A stretch of 60,762 nucleotides of DNA from Candidatus Hadarchaeales archaeon. Lineage in GTDB: Archaea > Hadarchaeota > Hadarchaeia > Hadarchaeales > JAWBSP01. Below the pieces are notes generated by a model, which saw only the letters and a list, made by a program, of their open reading frames with translations, was not told the DNA's origin and did no database searches. Position 1 is the first letter of the stretch; each line of letters begins with the position of its first letter. The position numbers were made by a program, and so were the translations under genes. Location: the NCBI GenBank assembly GCA_038842485.1, contig JAWBSP010000002.1:1-60762 (forward strand). Direction: 5' to 3'. Below, in pieces: positions 1 to 9,344 of the stretch.

Positions 1-224
1 TAAGGAGGCTACCCGTGGTCAACGAGGGGAAGCTGGTGGGGATCGTAACGGCAAGCGACCTGGCCTCCGTCGTTCCGGACGTGACAGAACTAGCCGACGT
101 TCCCGTCCCACGCATGAGCGAGATGGAAACCAGCGTCTGCGAGGTATGCGGTGAGTTCTCCACTCACCTCTTTGAGGTCAACGGGAAGTGGGTCTGCGAG
201 AACTGCAAGGACTCGATGGAATGA
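1..224 (+). CDS. CBS-domain protein, C-terminal part with Zn-ribbon tail (5' end outside window)
   Basis: Frame is open to the window edge. '[20 protein letters not shown]' is a CBS-type motif. It is followed by CEVCGE..x15..CENC (CxxC-CxxC). Confidence 0.7.
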   Translation, partial: RRLPVVNEGKLVGIVTASDLASVVPDVTELADVPVPRMSEMETSVCEVCGEFSTHLFEVNGKWVCENCKDSME

Positions 225-230
225 TCTGGG

Positions 231-998
231 GTGCCGAGCCGGGGTCCCACCCTAGCTAGGGAGATAATGGTTCCGTGTCAGGCGACCGTGGAGCCGAGGG
301 ATCTTGTCACCCGCGCCAAGTCCCTCATGCGCTCGACGGGGTCAAGGGTTCTTCCGGTGGTTCAGGGGGGTAGGGTCGAGGGCATTCTGACGGATCGAGA
401 GGTTTTGAGGGTGGGGTCCTCCAAGTCTGGGGTTCTCGTGATGGGCCTCATGCGTCCCGCTCAGGATCTGCTGTTACCTCACGACCCTGTTAGGATGGCT
501 GTCCAGCGCATGGTGGCCTCGGAGCTTCTCGAGATTCCCGTAATCCAGAGCTGGGTGGACAGGAGTTTGCTGGGGATGGCCAGCGCCACCTCCCTTCTAT
601 CCTCCATTTCTCTCTCCGGTGTGGTGGAGGATTGGGCGGAGCAGGCTGAGGTGACCGACCCAGATGAGAGCCTGCGCGTGGTTTGGGAAAGGATGGAGAA
701 GGCCGGATGCTCGGGAATGCCCGTGGTTCGGAGGAGGGGGGGCAAGACTGAGGTTATGGGGATGATTACTAGGTATGATCTCATATGTTCTGGAAGGTTG
801 GAGGAGGCGGCGGCGAGGGTCAGGAGCTGTATGCACTCCCCCGCTCTTTCTGTTCCTTCATCCGCACCCATCGGAGAGGCCGTGTCTCTCATGCTCAAGC
901 GTGGTATAAGTCATCTCCCCGTTCTAAGGGATGGGAGCTTGGTGGGCATGATCACGAAGCTCTCCATCTTGAGGAGGTGGATGGCTGAGGGTTGTTAG
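231..998 (+). CDS. CBS-domain repeat protein
   Basis: 255-aa ORF (GTG start) with repeated CBS-like segments: 'RVLPVVQGGRVEGILTDREV', 'GMPVVRRRGG..VMGMITRYDL', 'ISHLPVLRDGSLVGMITKLSI'. Confidence 0.7.
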   Translation: MPSRGPTLAREIMVPCQATVEPRDLVTRAKSLMRSTGSRVLPVVQGGRVEGILTDREVLRVGSSKSGVLVMGLMRPAQDLLLPHDPVRMAVQRMVASELLEIPVIQSWVDRSLLGMASATSLLSSISLSGVVEDWAEQAEVTDPDESLRVVWERMEKAGCSGMPVVRRRGGKTEVMGMITRYDLICSGRLEEAAARVRSCMHSPALSVPSSAPIGEAVSLMLKRGISHLPVLRDGSLVGMITKLSILRRWMAEGC

Positions 999-1080
999 AC
1001 CCCCGGACTTGAGGTACAAGGCGGGGGAGCGGGGGCCTAGGGAGTTCAAGTCCAGACCCCCTCAGAGGGAGGGAACCATC

Positions 1081-1896
1081 ATGACCATCTGTAAGCGCGA
1101 GGTGGTGACCATTCCGCCGACCACACGGATCAAGGATGCCTCCGAGCTCATGCTCAAGCACAGGGTGAGGAGGCTCCCCGTGGTTCAGCCTGGTACGGGT
1201 AGGCTGAGGGGGATTCTGATAACGAGGGACATCATAAACTTCCTCGGTGGGGGGGAGAAATATAGAATCGTGGAGGAGAAGTTCAGGGGGAACTTCGCCG
1301 CCGCCGTTAACCAGCCCGTCAGTCTCATCATGTCGGAAGAGCCCATCTACGCGACCAACCAAATGTCCATCGACGATGTGGCGAGGCTTCTCCTCAGGAC
1401 GGGAGTGGGAGGGGTGCCCATTCTGGACGAGGAAGAGCGCGTGGTGGGGATTGTTTCCGAGCGGGATTTCATGAGGTACCTGCCGAGCACCACCGGAACC
1501 CCCGTGAGCTACTACATGACCCGCCATCTCTTCACGCTCAGGCCCAAGGATAGCATTCTCGACGCCTGCAGGGAGATGATTTCGCGCGGAGTGAGGAGGC
1601 TCCCAGTGGTGGAGGGCAGGAAACCCGTGGGAATAGTCACCAGCGTGGATTTGCTGCGCTACTTCGGCACGAGCAGGATTTTCCAGGAGATGCCCTCCGG
1701 AAGGGTGGAGGAGGCGCTGAAAAGACCCGTGGAAAATATCATGACCAGAGAAGTAGTAACCATAACCCCCGAGAAGGACCTGGGGGAGGCCGCGTCCCTC
1801 ATGGTCGAAAAGGGATTTGGGGGACTCCCCGTGGTTGAGGAGCAAACGTTGGAGGGTATCATTACCGAGCACGACCTTCTGAAGCTGCTTGTTTGA
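1081..1896 (+). CDS. CBS-domain protein (four CBS repeats)
   Basis: Four 'RRLPVV/GGVPILD/GGLPVV ... GI(V/I)(T/S)..D' CBS motifs. ATG at 1081 chosen; the longer ORF starts at 1009 but has no domain content before 1081. Confidence 0.8.
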   Translation: MTICKREVVTIPPTTRIKDASELMLKHRVRRLPVVQPGTGRLRGILITRDIINFLGGGEKYRIVEEKFRGNFAAAVNQPVSLIMSEEPIYATNQMSIDDVARLLLRTGVGGVPILDEEERVVGIVSERDFMRYLPSTTGTPVSYYMTRHLFTLRPKDSILDACREMISRGVRRLPVVEGRKPVGIVTSVDLLRYFGTSRIFQEMPSGRVEEALKRPVENIMTREVVTITPEKDLGEAASLMVEKGFGGLPVVEEQTLEGIITEHDLLKLLV

Positions 1897-1900
1897 TCGG

Positions 1901-2470
1901 CTAGGCCGACCAGAGAGATTTTATTCCCGTAGTTATCAGCCTCACAGCTATGGCTGTGAGCAGAAGGCCCATTATCTTGGAAAGTATTTCGAGACCCTCG
2001 TCCTTCAAAACCCGCTGGATGCTGGTAGAGAGGTAGAGGAGGATCCAGCAGGTAACGAGCGAGAGGGTTCCGCCCAAACCGACGACCAGATGACCGTACT
2101 CCTGCACGAAGAGCATGGTTGAGACGATCGTTCCTGGTCCCGTAAGCATGGGGGTTCCTATGAGGGCGAGGAAAGCCCGGAGTTCCCTCGGTTTTGAGGG
2201 CGGCAACCCGAGGCTCAGCTGAAGCGCGAGGGCACCCAAGATTATTCCCCCGGCAACCTGCAGAGAGGGCAGGTCTATTTTGAGAAGCTCTAGAAGGGCG
2301 CCCCCTAGGAAAAGGAAGAGAAAGAAGACAAGGGAGGCCACCCCCACGGAGTAGCTCGCCGCCCAGCGTTTCTCGATCTCCTTCGAGCTGCTGAGGAAAA
2401 TGGGAATGCTACCGAAGGGATCCATGATAACCAGAAGCGAGAGAAAGACCCGCAGTACAGCCGTCACCAT
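1901..2470 (-). CDS. MarC-family (UPF0056) integral membrane protein
   Basis: N-terminus 'FLSLLVIMDPFGSIPIFL' is the typical MarC motif. Multi-TM protein of 189 aa. Confidence 0.8.
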   Translation of the reverse strand: MVTAVLRVFLSLLVIMDPFGSIPIFLSSSKEIEKRWAASYSVGVASLVFFLFLFLGGALLELLKIDLPSLQVAGGIILGALALQLSLGLPPSKPRELRAFLALIGTPMLTGPGTIVSTMLFVQEYGHLVVGLGGTLSLVTCWILLYLSTSIQRVLKDEGLEILSKIMGLLLTAIAVRLITTGIKSLWSA

Positions 2471-2498
2471 TCATAGCTAGGGAAGAATCAATATGGGC

Positions 2499-2771
2499 TC
2501 AGTATTTTATCTCAAAATCCCGATATTCTCCCACAGGGGTTTCCCACTTGACCTCAACTTTTTCCACGAAGGCTCCAGCCGGTCCTCTCCTGAAGAATTC
2601 CAGCATCTGGTTTATTGCCTTCTCCTCACCCTCCACCACGGCTTCAACCCTCCCATCGGGTAGGTTCCTCACCCAGCCCCGCACGCCGAGCCTGCGCGCG
2701 AGCTTCTGGGTGTGGTATCTGAAGAAAACCCCCTGCACGTACCCTTCCACGAATACGTGAGCCCTTTTCAC
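2499..2771 (-). CDS. acyP: Acylphosphatase
   Basis: 'VKRAHVFVEGYVQGVFFRYHT...GVRGWVRNLPDGRVEAVVEG' matches the acylphosphatase signatures. GTG start overlaps the rpoN stop (GTGA) and gives the usual ~90 aa. Confidence 0.85.
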   Translation of the reverse strand: MKRAHVFVEGYVQGVFFRYHTQKLARRLGVRGWVRNLPDGRVEAVVEGEEKAINQMLEFFRRGPAGAFVEKVEVKWETPVGEYRDFEIKY

Positions 2772-2956
2772 TTGTACTTGGCGAGCTCTTCCGTGAGATC
2801 TACGCTTGTGAGCATGGTGGACCTGCAACAGTATCTCTTGAGTCCCAGCTCGTCCAGAATTTTCTTTGGGTCCTCCCCACTCTTCATCCTCTGGTCAAAC
2901 TCCTCAAACTTGTCCCCAAGCAGCGTTCCACAGGTCATGCAGCGGATGGGTCTCAT
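2768..2956 (-). CDS. rpoN: DNA-directed RNA polymerase subunit N (Rpo10)
   Basis: 'MRPIRCMTCG...LGLKRYCCR' is the classic RpoN/Rpb10 zinc motif. 62 aa, and sits downstream of S9 as in most archaea. Confidence 0.95.
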   Translation of the reverse strand: MRPIRCMTCGTLLGDKFEEFDQRMKSGEDPKKILDELGLKRYCCRSTMLTSVDLTEELAKYK

Positions 2957-2958
2957 GT

Positions 2959-3351
2959 TTATCGGTAGCTTTTCTGGAATTTAGCCCTAGCCCCGGGTCC
3001 TCCCGGCTTCTTCCTTTCTTTTTTCCTGACATCACTCTTGATGAGCGTCCAGTCGAATTTCTTGAAGATCTCTCTAACCGAGGGATCATGCTGAACCAGC
3101 GCCCTCGCCACCGCCGTTCTTACCGCATCTGCTTGACCCGCCCAGCCACCCCCCCTCACCCGCACCCAGATGTCAACTTTTTTGGCGAGTTCTGGAACCA
3201 GCATGAGGGGCTCCGAAATCCTCAGCCTCGCCAGTTCGGGCTCCCAGCACTCCAGCGGGATTCCGTTGATGTAGACCCTTCCCTTCCCGCTCTTAACGAC
3301 GGCCCTAGCGATGGCCGTTTTCCTCCTTCCAGCGACGGGCACCGCCTTCAA
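2959..3351 (-). CDS. rps9: 30S ribosomal protein S9 (uS9)
   Basis: 130 aa ending in '...KFQKSYR' with 'GGGWAGQADAVRTAVARAL'. Conserved L13-S9 order. Confidence 0.95.
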   Translation of the reverse strand: MKAVPVAGRRKTAIARAVVKSGKGRVYINGIPLECWEPELARLRISEPLMLVPELAKKVDIWVRVRGGGWAGQADAVRTAVARALVQHDPSVREIFKKFDWTLIKSDVRKKERKKPGGPGARAKFQKSYR

Positions 3352-3773
3352 AACTTCGCCCCCAGGTAACGGCTAAGCTCGCCGACGCTCATCCTGCTCC
3401 CCCTCAATCGATCTGAACTCGCCTCGGGGAAGCTGACGGCTTGGACACCTGAAAACTCAGGGGGAATGCCCACATATACCCTCAGCCTCCTGAAAGCCTC
3501 TCTCCCCTTGGTTTTTTTCATGGGCAGCATTCCACCGATGACCTGTCTCACCAAGTCGTCCGGTCTTCTGAAGTGTTTGGGTCCCTTTCTGGGATTGGTT
3601 CTCCCGCGCACCCTGAACCACTCGTTGTACTCTCTCAGAATTCTACTTCTACGACCAGAGATCACGATTTTTTCCGCGTTTATCACCACCACTCTCTCTC
3701 CCTGCAACAGGCGCTTGGCCACCAAGCTTGCCAGCCTCCCGAGTATCTGTCCGCTTCCATCCACCACTATCAT
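3348..3773 (-). CDS. rpl13: 50S ribosomal protein L13 (uL13)
   Basis: 'IVVDGSGQILGRLASLVAKRLLQGERVVVINAEKIVISG' is the uL13 N-terminal signature. Confidence 0.95.
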   Translation of the reverse strand: MIVVDGSGQILGRLASLVAKRLLQGERVVVINAEKIVISGRRSRILREYNEWFRVRGRTNPRKGPKHFRRPDDLVRQVIGGMLPMKKTKGREAFRRLRVYVGIPPEFSGVQAVSFPEASSDRLRGSRMSVGELSRYLGAKF

Positions 3774-4132
3774 GTGAGGAGAATCACCCCCTTACCCTCT
3801 GGATTCTCCTGCAGAAGCTGTTTTATATGGATGGCTCTCCCGCCAGCCCGAATTATCTTTTCCCTTGCCGCCGCCGAGAAGCGGAAGGCGGAGACCGTCA
3901 GCGGCCTGTCGATGGAACCCGATGCCAAGACCACCCCAGGCACGAGAACTGTACCGTTCCCGCCGTATCGGTTGATCTTGCTGAGGTTAACTTCCACCCT
4001 TCTTCTAGTGGGGTTGGAGAGAATTTCGGCTGCTCTCTGCCAAATTCGTACCTTTCTCTTTCTGCCTTCCTTTCTCAGCTCTTGGATGAGGGATTTGAGC
4101 ACCGGATTGGTTGGCCCAGTAGGTTTCGGCAT
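3770..4132 (-). CDS. rpl18e: 50S ribosomal protein L18e (eL18)
   Basis: 'TNPVLKSLIQELRK...RIWQRAAEILSNPTRRRVEVNLSKINRY' is eL18-like. Sits upstream of L13/S9/RpoN. Confidence 0.9.
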   Translation of the reverse strand: MPKPTGPTNPVLKSLIQELRKEGRKRKVRIWQRAAEILSNPTRRRVEVNLSKINRYGGNGTVLVPGVVLASGSIDRPLTVSAFRFSAAAREKIIRAGGRAIHIKQLLQENPEGKGVILLT

Positions 4133-4162
4133 TTACTTTTTCCTTCTTTGACTTTATTTCTG

Positions 4163-4477
4163 CTAGATTTGTGGTGTTTTAGACTTGCGGGCTCGCAGCT
4201 CCCTCTTTCGCAGGTCCTCGAGCTTGGAGGCAATGGTAAAGAGGGAGATGGCAATGAGGAGATACCCGGAGCCCTTCACGATGCCGTTGAACGTGACCGG
4301 CTGGGGAGGTGCCAGCCTCCAGAGGAGCAAGCCAGCCAGCAACATGGGCAGGATGAAGATTCCCCTCAGCTCAATCCCTCCTCCTTGGGAGCCCGAGATG
4401 CGAGCACGTTTTCGTGGCTTCCATCTAATAGTTTCGCCGGTTATAGTTAGTTGGCTGGGGGGTCTCAAATCTCGCAC
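4163..4477 (-). CDS. Hypothetical small membrane protein (start uncertain; may begin at internal Met, 4348)
   Basis: The only ORF filling the gap between the phosphoesterase gene and rpl18e on the transcribed strand. Has two hydrophobic helices and a basic tail. No recognisable family. Confidence 0.3.
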   Translation of the reverse strand: MRDLRPPSQLTITGETIRWKPRKRARISGSQGGGIELRGIFILPMLLAGLLLWRLAPPQPVTFNGIVKGSGYLLIAISLFTIASKLEDLRKRELRARKSKTPQI

Positions 4478-5220
4478 AGCTCTGTCACCCTTCCCAAGTA
4501 GGTGCCGTCCAGTAGGTAGACCTCAGCCTTCTCCATTGAGAGAGCACCGCTTCTGAACAGGGGGCCTATGAGCTCCTCCGGGACCTCTCTGTTGACGGGC
4601 GAACCCTTGATGAGCCTGCTGAAGGAGGGCATGACCAGAACCTCGGGAGGGTTCTCCGTCCTGAGCGCGGGGGGTAGATGTGAGGGGTCCATCCTCAGCC
4701 TTAACCATGCGGGCTCCAACATCTTCCCACCCACTCTCTCCCTGAGTTCAACGGCAGGATGGTTATGTCCCATCACCAGCACCTCCCCTCCCAGCACCTC
4801 CTTGGAAGGCCAGGCGTGGCCGTGCACGAACCCGACCTTCCCTAGTCTGATACCGCTGACGGGGTGGATCTTTACACCCCGGGGGATCATCCCCTCTAGG
4901 TCCCCGTCGTGATTTCCCGGGATTATCTCCACCTCAACTGCTTTCAGAAGCTCCTCGAAGAAGCCCGGCAGCTCCCTCCACTCCAACCAAGTGGAACGAG
5001 GAACGTTGTGCTTGACATCACCCAGCAGGAGCAATTTTTCGGCCTTGTGGATCTTGATCAGTTGAAGTACTCTTTGCTTGATTTCTGGAATTTGGCTGGG
5101 AAGACAAACACCTTTGGCTGAAAGCTCGCTTTCTAGACCCAAATGCAGGTCGGCAAGCACGAGGGTTTTCTCCCTTCTCAGGAGCAGGGCAGGTTCCGAG
5201 GGGATTGGTGAAACCTCCAC
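4465..5220 (-). CDS. Metallophosphoesterase (calcineurin-like, archaeal ICC/MJ0037-like)
   Basis: Motifs 'LADLHLG', 'LGDVKHN', 'IPGNHDG', 'GHNHP' and 'VHGH' are the phosphoesterase metal-binding set. Confidence 0.8.
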   Translation of the reverse strand: MEVSPIPSEPALLLRREKTLVLADLHLGLESELSAKGVCLPSQIPEIKQRVLQLIKIHKAEKLLLLGDVKHNVPRSTWLEWRELPGFFEELLKAVEVEIIPGNHDGDLEGMIPRGVKIHPVSGIRLGKVGFVHGHAWPSKEVLGGEVLVMGHNHPAVELRERVGGKMLEPAWLRLRMDPSHLPPALRTENPPEVLVMPSFSRLIKGSPVNREVPEELIGPLFRSGALSMEKAEVYLLDGTYLGRVTELCEI

Positions 5221-5266
5221 AACAAATTAGGTGGGGCGAACTTACTCTTGACGCATTTGGGGCAGT

Positions 5267-7075
5267 TTACTCTACGGTGACGGATTTTGCGAGCGCTCTC
5301 GGACGGTCGGGATCATGGCCGCGCTCGACGCTCATGTAGTAGGCAAGCAGCTGGAGGGGGAGGATGTATGGAAGTGGGCTCAGAATTTCCCTGACGGGCT
5401 GCATCGGGATGAGCTCGTCGACGTGCTCCTTCACCTCGTCACCCTCCTCCGCCAGAGCCAGAATGGTTGCCCCGCGGGCCTTGATTTCCTCAATGTTGCC
5501 AACCATTCTTGATCTCGCCTCCCCCCTCGGTACTATTGCAATCACTGGGGTGCCCTTTTCGATGAGTGCCAACGTTCCATGTTTTAACTCGCCCCCCGGC
5601 ATGGCTTCAGCATGAATGTACGATATTTCCTTTATTTTGAGCGCCCCCTCCATGGCGACCGGATATCCTATCCCCCGCCCTATTAGGTAGAAGTGCTGGG
5701 ACTGACAGTACTTTTTAGCAAGCCTTTTGACGACGGGTTCTACTCGGGGGAACGATTTCCTCAAAATATCCGGAATTCTAAAGAGTTCGCTCCTGAGCGA
5801 GGCAGTTTCTTTTCTGGACAATCTTCCCTCGTTTTGCGCGAGATGAATCGAAAGGAGCGAGAGATACGTCACTTGGGCGGAAAAAGTCTTTGTTGCTACC
5901 ACGCTCACTTCCGGGCCGGCGTGAGTGTAACAGACAAGATCGCTCTCTCTTGTTATCGAGCTTCCCACCACATTGGTCAGGCATGCCACCCTTGCGCCCG
6001 CGGCCTTGGCTATTCTCACCGCCTTTAGGGTATCGGCGGTTTCACCGGACTGGGTAATCGCGAAGATTAGGGAGCCCTCGTCCGCTCTGCAGCTCTCCTG
6101 AAATTCGGAAGAGATCACCGCCTCAACCGAAATCCCCGCTAACCTGCTCAGCACATACTTCCCAACCAGACCAGCATGGTAGGAGGTCCCGCAGCCGACG
6201 AGGTAAATGTGCTTGGCTCTGGAGATCAACCGGCCTAGCCTTTCGAGTTCCCTTGCCTTCGCCCGCAGGGTCTCCCGAACGGCATCGGGCTGCTCGTAAA
6301 TTTCCTTAAGAGTGAAGTGCGGGTATCCCCCCTTCTCCGCCATGGAGGGTGTCCAAGTCACCCTCATGACCTTTTTCTTCACGGGCGCACCCGAGGGAAG
6401 CCGCCTCACGGCAAACCCCTCGCCCGTGAGCACCACCATCTCATCGTCCTCCAGCACAATCACGCGCTTGGTGAAGGGCAGAAGGGCAGGGATATCGGAG
6501 GCGAGAAAGTTTTCCCCTTTCCCCAGACCTATGATGAGGGGGCTCTCTTTCCTAACACCTATAAGTTTATCCGGCTCGTCCGCGCATATAATTCCCAGTG
6601 CATAACTTCCCCTCAGCTGCTTGACCGCTTTCCTCACGGCCTCCTCAAAATCCCAACCTGAACGCATGTGATAGGAGATTAGGTTTGGGATTACTTCCGT
6701 ATCCGTTTCCGAGCTGAAGGTGTATCCCCTGCTTTGGAGAAGGCGTCGGAGGTCTAGGTAATTTTCTATTATCCCGTTGTGAACCACCGCTATCCTCCCC
6801 GAGTTGTCCAGATGTGGATGGGCGTTGGCTCGGGATGGTGCCCCGTGGGTTGCCCACCTCGTGTGGTAGATGCCAACGTTACCGGGCAGGTCCGCCAGTT
6901 TGAGTTTGGAGTCTACCTCCTCGATTTTACCCTTGTCCTTCTTGATGTAGATTTTGCCATCACTTATGGTTGCTCCGCCCACCGAATCGTATCCTCTGTA
7001 TTCCAGACGGCGGATGCCCTCCAGCAGTAGTGGAGCGGCTTGCCTCTCTCCTATATATCCAATTATGCCGCACAT
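5267..7075 (-). CDS. glmS: Glutamine--fructose-6-phosphate aminotransferase (isomerizing)
   Basis: N-terminal 'MCGIIGYIG' places the catalytic Cys at position 2, so the second ATG was chosen. Two SIS domains and C-terminal '...AKSVTVE'. Confidence 0.95.
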   Translation of the reverse strand: MCGIIGYIGERQAAPLLLEGIRRLEYRGYDSVGGATISDGKIYIKKDKGKIEEVDSKLKLADLPGNVGIYHTRWATHGAPSRANAHPHLDNSGRIAVVHNGIIENYLDLRRLLQSRGYTFSSETDTEVIPNLISYHMRSGWDFEEAVRKAVKQLRGSYALGIICADEPDKLIGVRKESPLIIGLGKGENFLASDIPALLPFTKRVIVLEDDEMVVLTGEGFAVRRLPSGAPVKKKVMRVTWTPSMAEKGGYPHFTLKEIYEQPDAVRETLRAKARELERLGRLISRAKHIYLVGCGTSYHAGLVGKYVLSRLAGISVEAVISSEFQESCRADEGSLIFAITQSGETADTLKAVRIAKAAGARVACLTNVVGSSITRESDLVCYTHAGPEVSVVATKTFSAQVTYLSLLSIHLAQNEGRLSRKETASLRSELFRIPDILRKSFPRVEPVVKRLAKKYCQSQHFYLIGRGIGYPVAMEGALKIKEISYIHAEAMPGGELKHGTLALIEKGTPVIAIVPRGEARSRMVGNIEEIKARGATILALAEEGDEVKEHVDELIPMQPVREILSPLPYILPLQLLAYYMSVERGHDPDRPRALAKSVTVE

Positions 7076-7089
7076 CAATACTCACCGGC

Positions 7090-8118
7090 TCATTTTTCAC
7101 CCACGATTGGAATCTCTCTACCGCACTTCGGGCACCGCTTCCCCTCGAGCCTGTACTCGGTGACCTCAAAGCCGAATCTCCTTATAAGAAGCTCGCCGCA
7201 GGAGGGGCAGTAGGTATTCTCGTAACGGTGGCCGGGGATGTTTCCTATGTATACAAAATCTAGACCCTCCTCCACCGCGAGGTCATGTGCCCTCTCGAGG
7301 GTTTTGACGGGGGTTGGAGGAGCAGAGAATTTGTAAGCGGGATAATAGGCAGTGAAGTGAAGCGGAATCTCGGGTCCTGCCTCCTTGAGATGTCTCCTTG
7401 CTATCGCCCTAAGCTGCTCCTCTTGGTCATTAACGCCGGGAATCACAAGGTTTACGACCTCCACGTGCATCCCCATTCGCCTCGCCTCCCGTATGTTTCT
7501 CCACACCACTTCCACATCGGCTCCGCAGTACTTCTTTACAGCCTCCGCATCTCCTTTTACATCAAAATTAATGGCATCCAGCCCAGCTTCCCTGAGCATC
7601 TCAAGGGCCTGGAGCGTCATGTATCCGTTTGAGACGTAGGTGTTAACAAGCCCACTTTTCCTCGCTAGAGGGAAGAGATCTAGAGCGTATTCAAAGAGAA
7701 GGGTTGGTTCATTGAAGCTCAGACTCGTCCCAATGCATCCCTCAGCTAGGCACATTTTAACGAACCGCTGCGGATCTATATACGCTGGTGAGTTTGTTTC
7801 CGGCTCAGACTTGCTTATATCAAAGTTCTGGCACCAGGGACAGGTGAAGTTGCAGCTGTAAGTTCCGGCCGTTAGGAAGAGCCTGCCCGGGAAGAAATGG
7901 AAGAAGGGTTTCTTCTCGGCTGGATTTGCCGAAAGGGAGCTAATGTTCCCGTAAACGAGCGTGTAGAGTTGGCCGCCAAGGTTCAAGCGGGTCTTGCAGA
8001 ACCCCCTTGAATCGGGCTGGATTTTACATCTGCGCTCGCATAGACCGCACTCGACCTTCCCGCCCTCGAGCGTTCTCCAGAGAAGGGCTCTCCGCATACA
8101 GGGGTTTGCTTTCTCCAT
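7090..8118 (-). CDS. Radical SAM enzyme, AmmeMemoRadiSam-system type (PflA-like activase fold)
   Basis: N-terminal 'CGLCERRCKI..GFCKTR' cluster plus radical-SAM 'CNFTCPWCQN' and a C-terminal CPSCG..CPKCG motif. Confidence 0.8.
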   Translation of the reverse strand: MEKANPCMRRALLWRTLEGGKVECGLCERRCKIQPDSRGFCKTRLNLGGQLYTLVYGNISSLSANPAEKKPFFHFFPGRLFLTAGTYSCNFTCPWCQNFDISKSEPETNSPAYIDPQRFVKMCLAEGCIGTSLSFNEPTLLFEYALDLFPLARKSGLVNTYVSNGYMTLQALEMLREAGLDAINFDVKGDAEAVKKYCGADVEVVWRNIREARRMGMHVEVVNLVIPGVNDQEEQLRAIARRHLKEAGPEIPLHFTAYYPAYKFSAPPTPVKTLERAHDLAVEEGLDFVYIGNIPGHRYENTYCPSCGELLIRRFGFEVTEYRLEGKRCPKCGREIPIVGEK

Positions 8119-8252
8119 TCAATTTTGTTCTGACGAGCAGAAGTAGGAGCAGCAATCCTGCTTTTGGAAAAGAAGCTCCAAAAGTCGACGTAGCCAGATT
8201 CCACATAAACGGCGGAATTGTCAAAAATAATTTATCTGGATTTCCACATAGC

Positions 8253-9197
8253 ATGGAGATGCCTCCATGCATGCATTGCAAAGCAGCTGACGGAGAAATA
8301 TTCATCCCATATGCGAGGGGAAGACTTTGTCCCTCATGCTATATAAACTTTTTTGAAAGGAAGGTGAAGAGGACCGTTTCGAAGTATCGAATGATTCAAG
8401 AGGGAGATAGAGTAGCCGTTGCTGTTTCGGGTGGGAAAGACAGCTCGAGCTTAATGCATGCGCTGAAGAAAACATTCCCGAACGTGGAATTCACGGGGAT
8501 TTACATAAACTTGGGAATAGGGGGTTACTCAGACGAATGCGAAACCATTCTAACAGACTTCTTAAAGAAGCTTGAAGTCGATTTCATTGTTTACGATGTC
8601 AGGAAGGAGCTCGGGATTTCCGTTGAGGATTTCAAGCGCACCTACTTTAAGGGCAGGTTGTGCAGCCCCTGCGGGACGATTAAGCGATACTTGTTGAACA
8701 AAATCGCTTACGAGGAGGGGTTTACAAAATTGGCGACAGGTCACAACTTGGACGATTTGGTCGAAGTCCTGTTCAATGCATATATTCACGGAGATGTCTC
8801 ACAGCTTGCCCGTATAAAGCCGGTACTTCCCTCGAGTCATGAAAAGTTCGTGGTTAAAATCAAGCCGCTATGCGAATTAACCGAAAGGGAGAATCTACTT
8901 TACGCAGAATGTTCTAAAATTCCCTACAGAACCATAGCGTGCCCTCTTTCTGCAAGAGCGAGAAGTCGCAGAGGGAAAAAAGTTATCGATAAGATCGCGG
9001 AAAGCATCCCCTACTTCAAGCATGCCTTCTTTAAATCGCACCTAAAGAAACTTTCGCGGTTTTTCGAGCCAGAAGCAAGCATACATCCAATAGTTGAGTG
9101 TAAAGTATGTGGAATGCCTTCATCAACTTCTCCTTGTGCTTTCTGCAAGAGACTTCAACTGGTAAAGGAGGTCAACAACCGAGGGAGGGATGATTGA
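8253..9197 (+). CDS. tRNA 2-thiolation PP-loop ATPase (TtuA/Ncs6-like)
   Basis: PP-loop 'AVAVSGGKDSSSL', N-terminal CxxC..CxxC and C-terminal 'CKVCG..CAFC' zinc fingers, and central 'CSPCG'. ATG at 8253 chosen because upstream ORF sequence overlaps the divergent radical SAM gene. Confidence 0.8.
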   Translation: MEMPPCMHCKAADGEIFIPYARGRLCPSCYINFFERKVKRTVSKYRMIQEGDRVAVAVSGGKDSSSLMHALKKTFPNVEFTGIYINLGIGGYSDECETILTDFLKKLEVDFIVYDVRKELGISVEDFKRTYFKGRLCSPCGTIKRYLLNKIAYEEGFTKLATGHNLDDLVEVLFNAYIHGDVSQLARIKPVLPSSHEKFVVKIKPLCELTERENLLYAECSKIPYRTIACPLSARARSRRGKKVIDKIAESIPYFKHAFFKSHLKKLSRFFEPEASIHPIVECKVCGMPSSTSPCAFCKRLQLVKEVNNRGRDD

Positions 9198-9344
9198 CTT
9201 CTACTATGCCCCGCTTGCCGTGCATCCGTCACCCTTGACACCCTCTCGGGAACAACGGACTCGACCGGAACGGTAACCTTCGAGGCCCCTGCAGGCTCTT
9301 ATACTCTCTCCGTCTCTGCGACCAATTTTCTCCCTGATTCCTAG
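9198..9344 (+). pseudogene. Start-less fragment of a beta-sandwich (CarboxypepD_reg/PEGA-like) domain
   Basis: 'ASVTLDTLSGTTDSTGTVTFEAPAGSYTLSVSATNFLPDS*' has the ..tD.tG.f.f..l.pG.Ytl.vs..gf.. pattern. No start codon. It is in frame with, and immediately after, the TGA of the preceding gene. Confidence 0.3.

Noticed and set aside
952-1872. 306-aa minus-strand ORF covering the whole CBS gene.
   Set aside because: It is fully antisense to a gene with clear CBS motifs. Its Pro/Gly/His/Arg-rich composition is typical of shadow ORFs in GC-rich DNA, and it has no recognisable domain.
3573-4450. Plus-strand ORFs (192 and 240 aa) across the L13/L18e region.
   Set aside because: They are antisense to unmistakable ribosomal protein genes, and their composition is low-complexity Ser/Pro/Leu.
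8007-8252. N-terminal 82-aa extension of the TtuA-like ORF.
   Set aside because: It overlaps the divergent radical SAM gene and has no domain content. The first zinc-finger Cys pair and the PP-loop follow the ATG at 8253.
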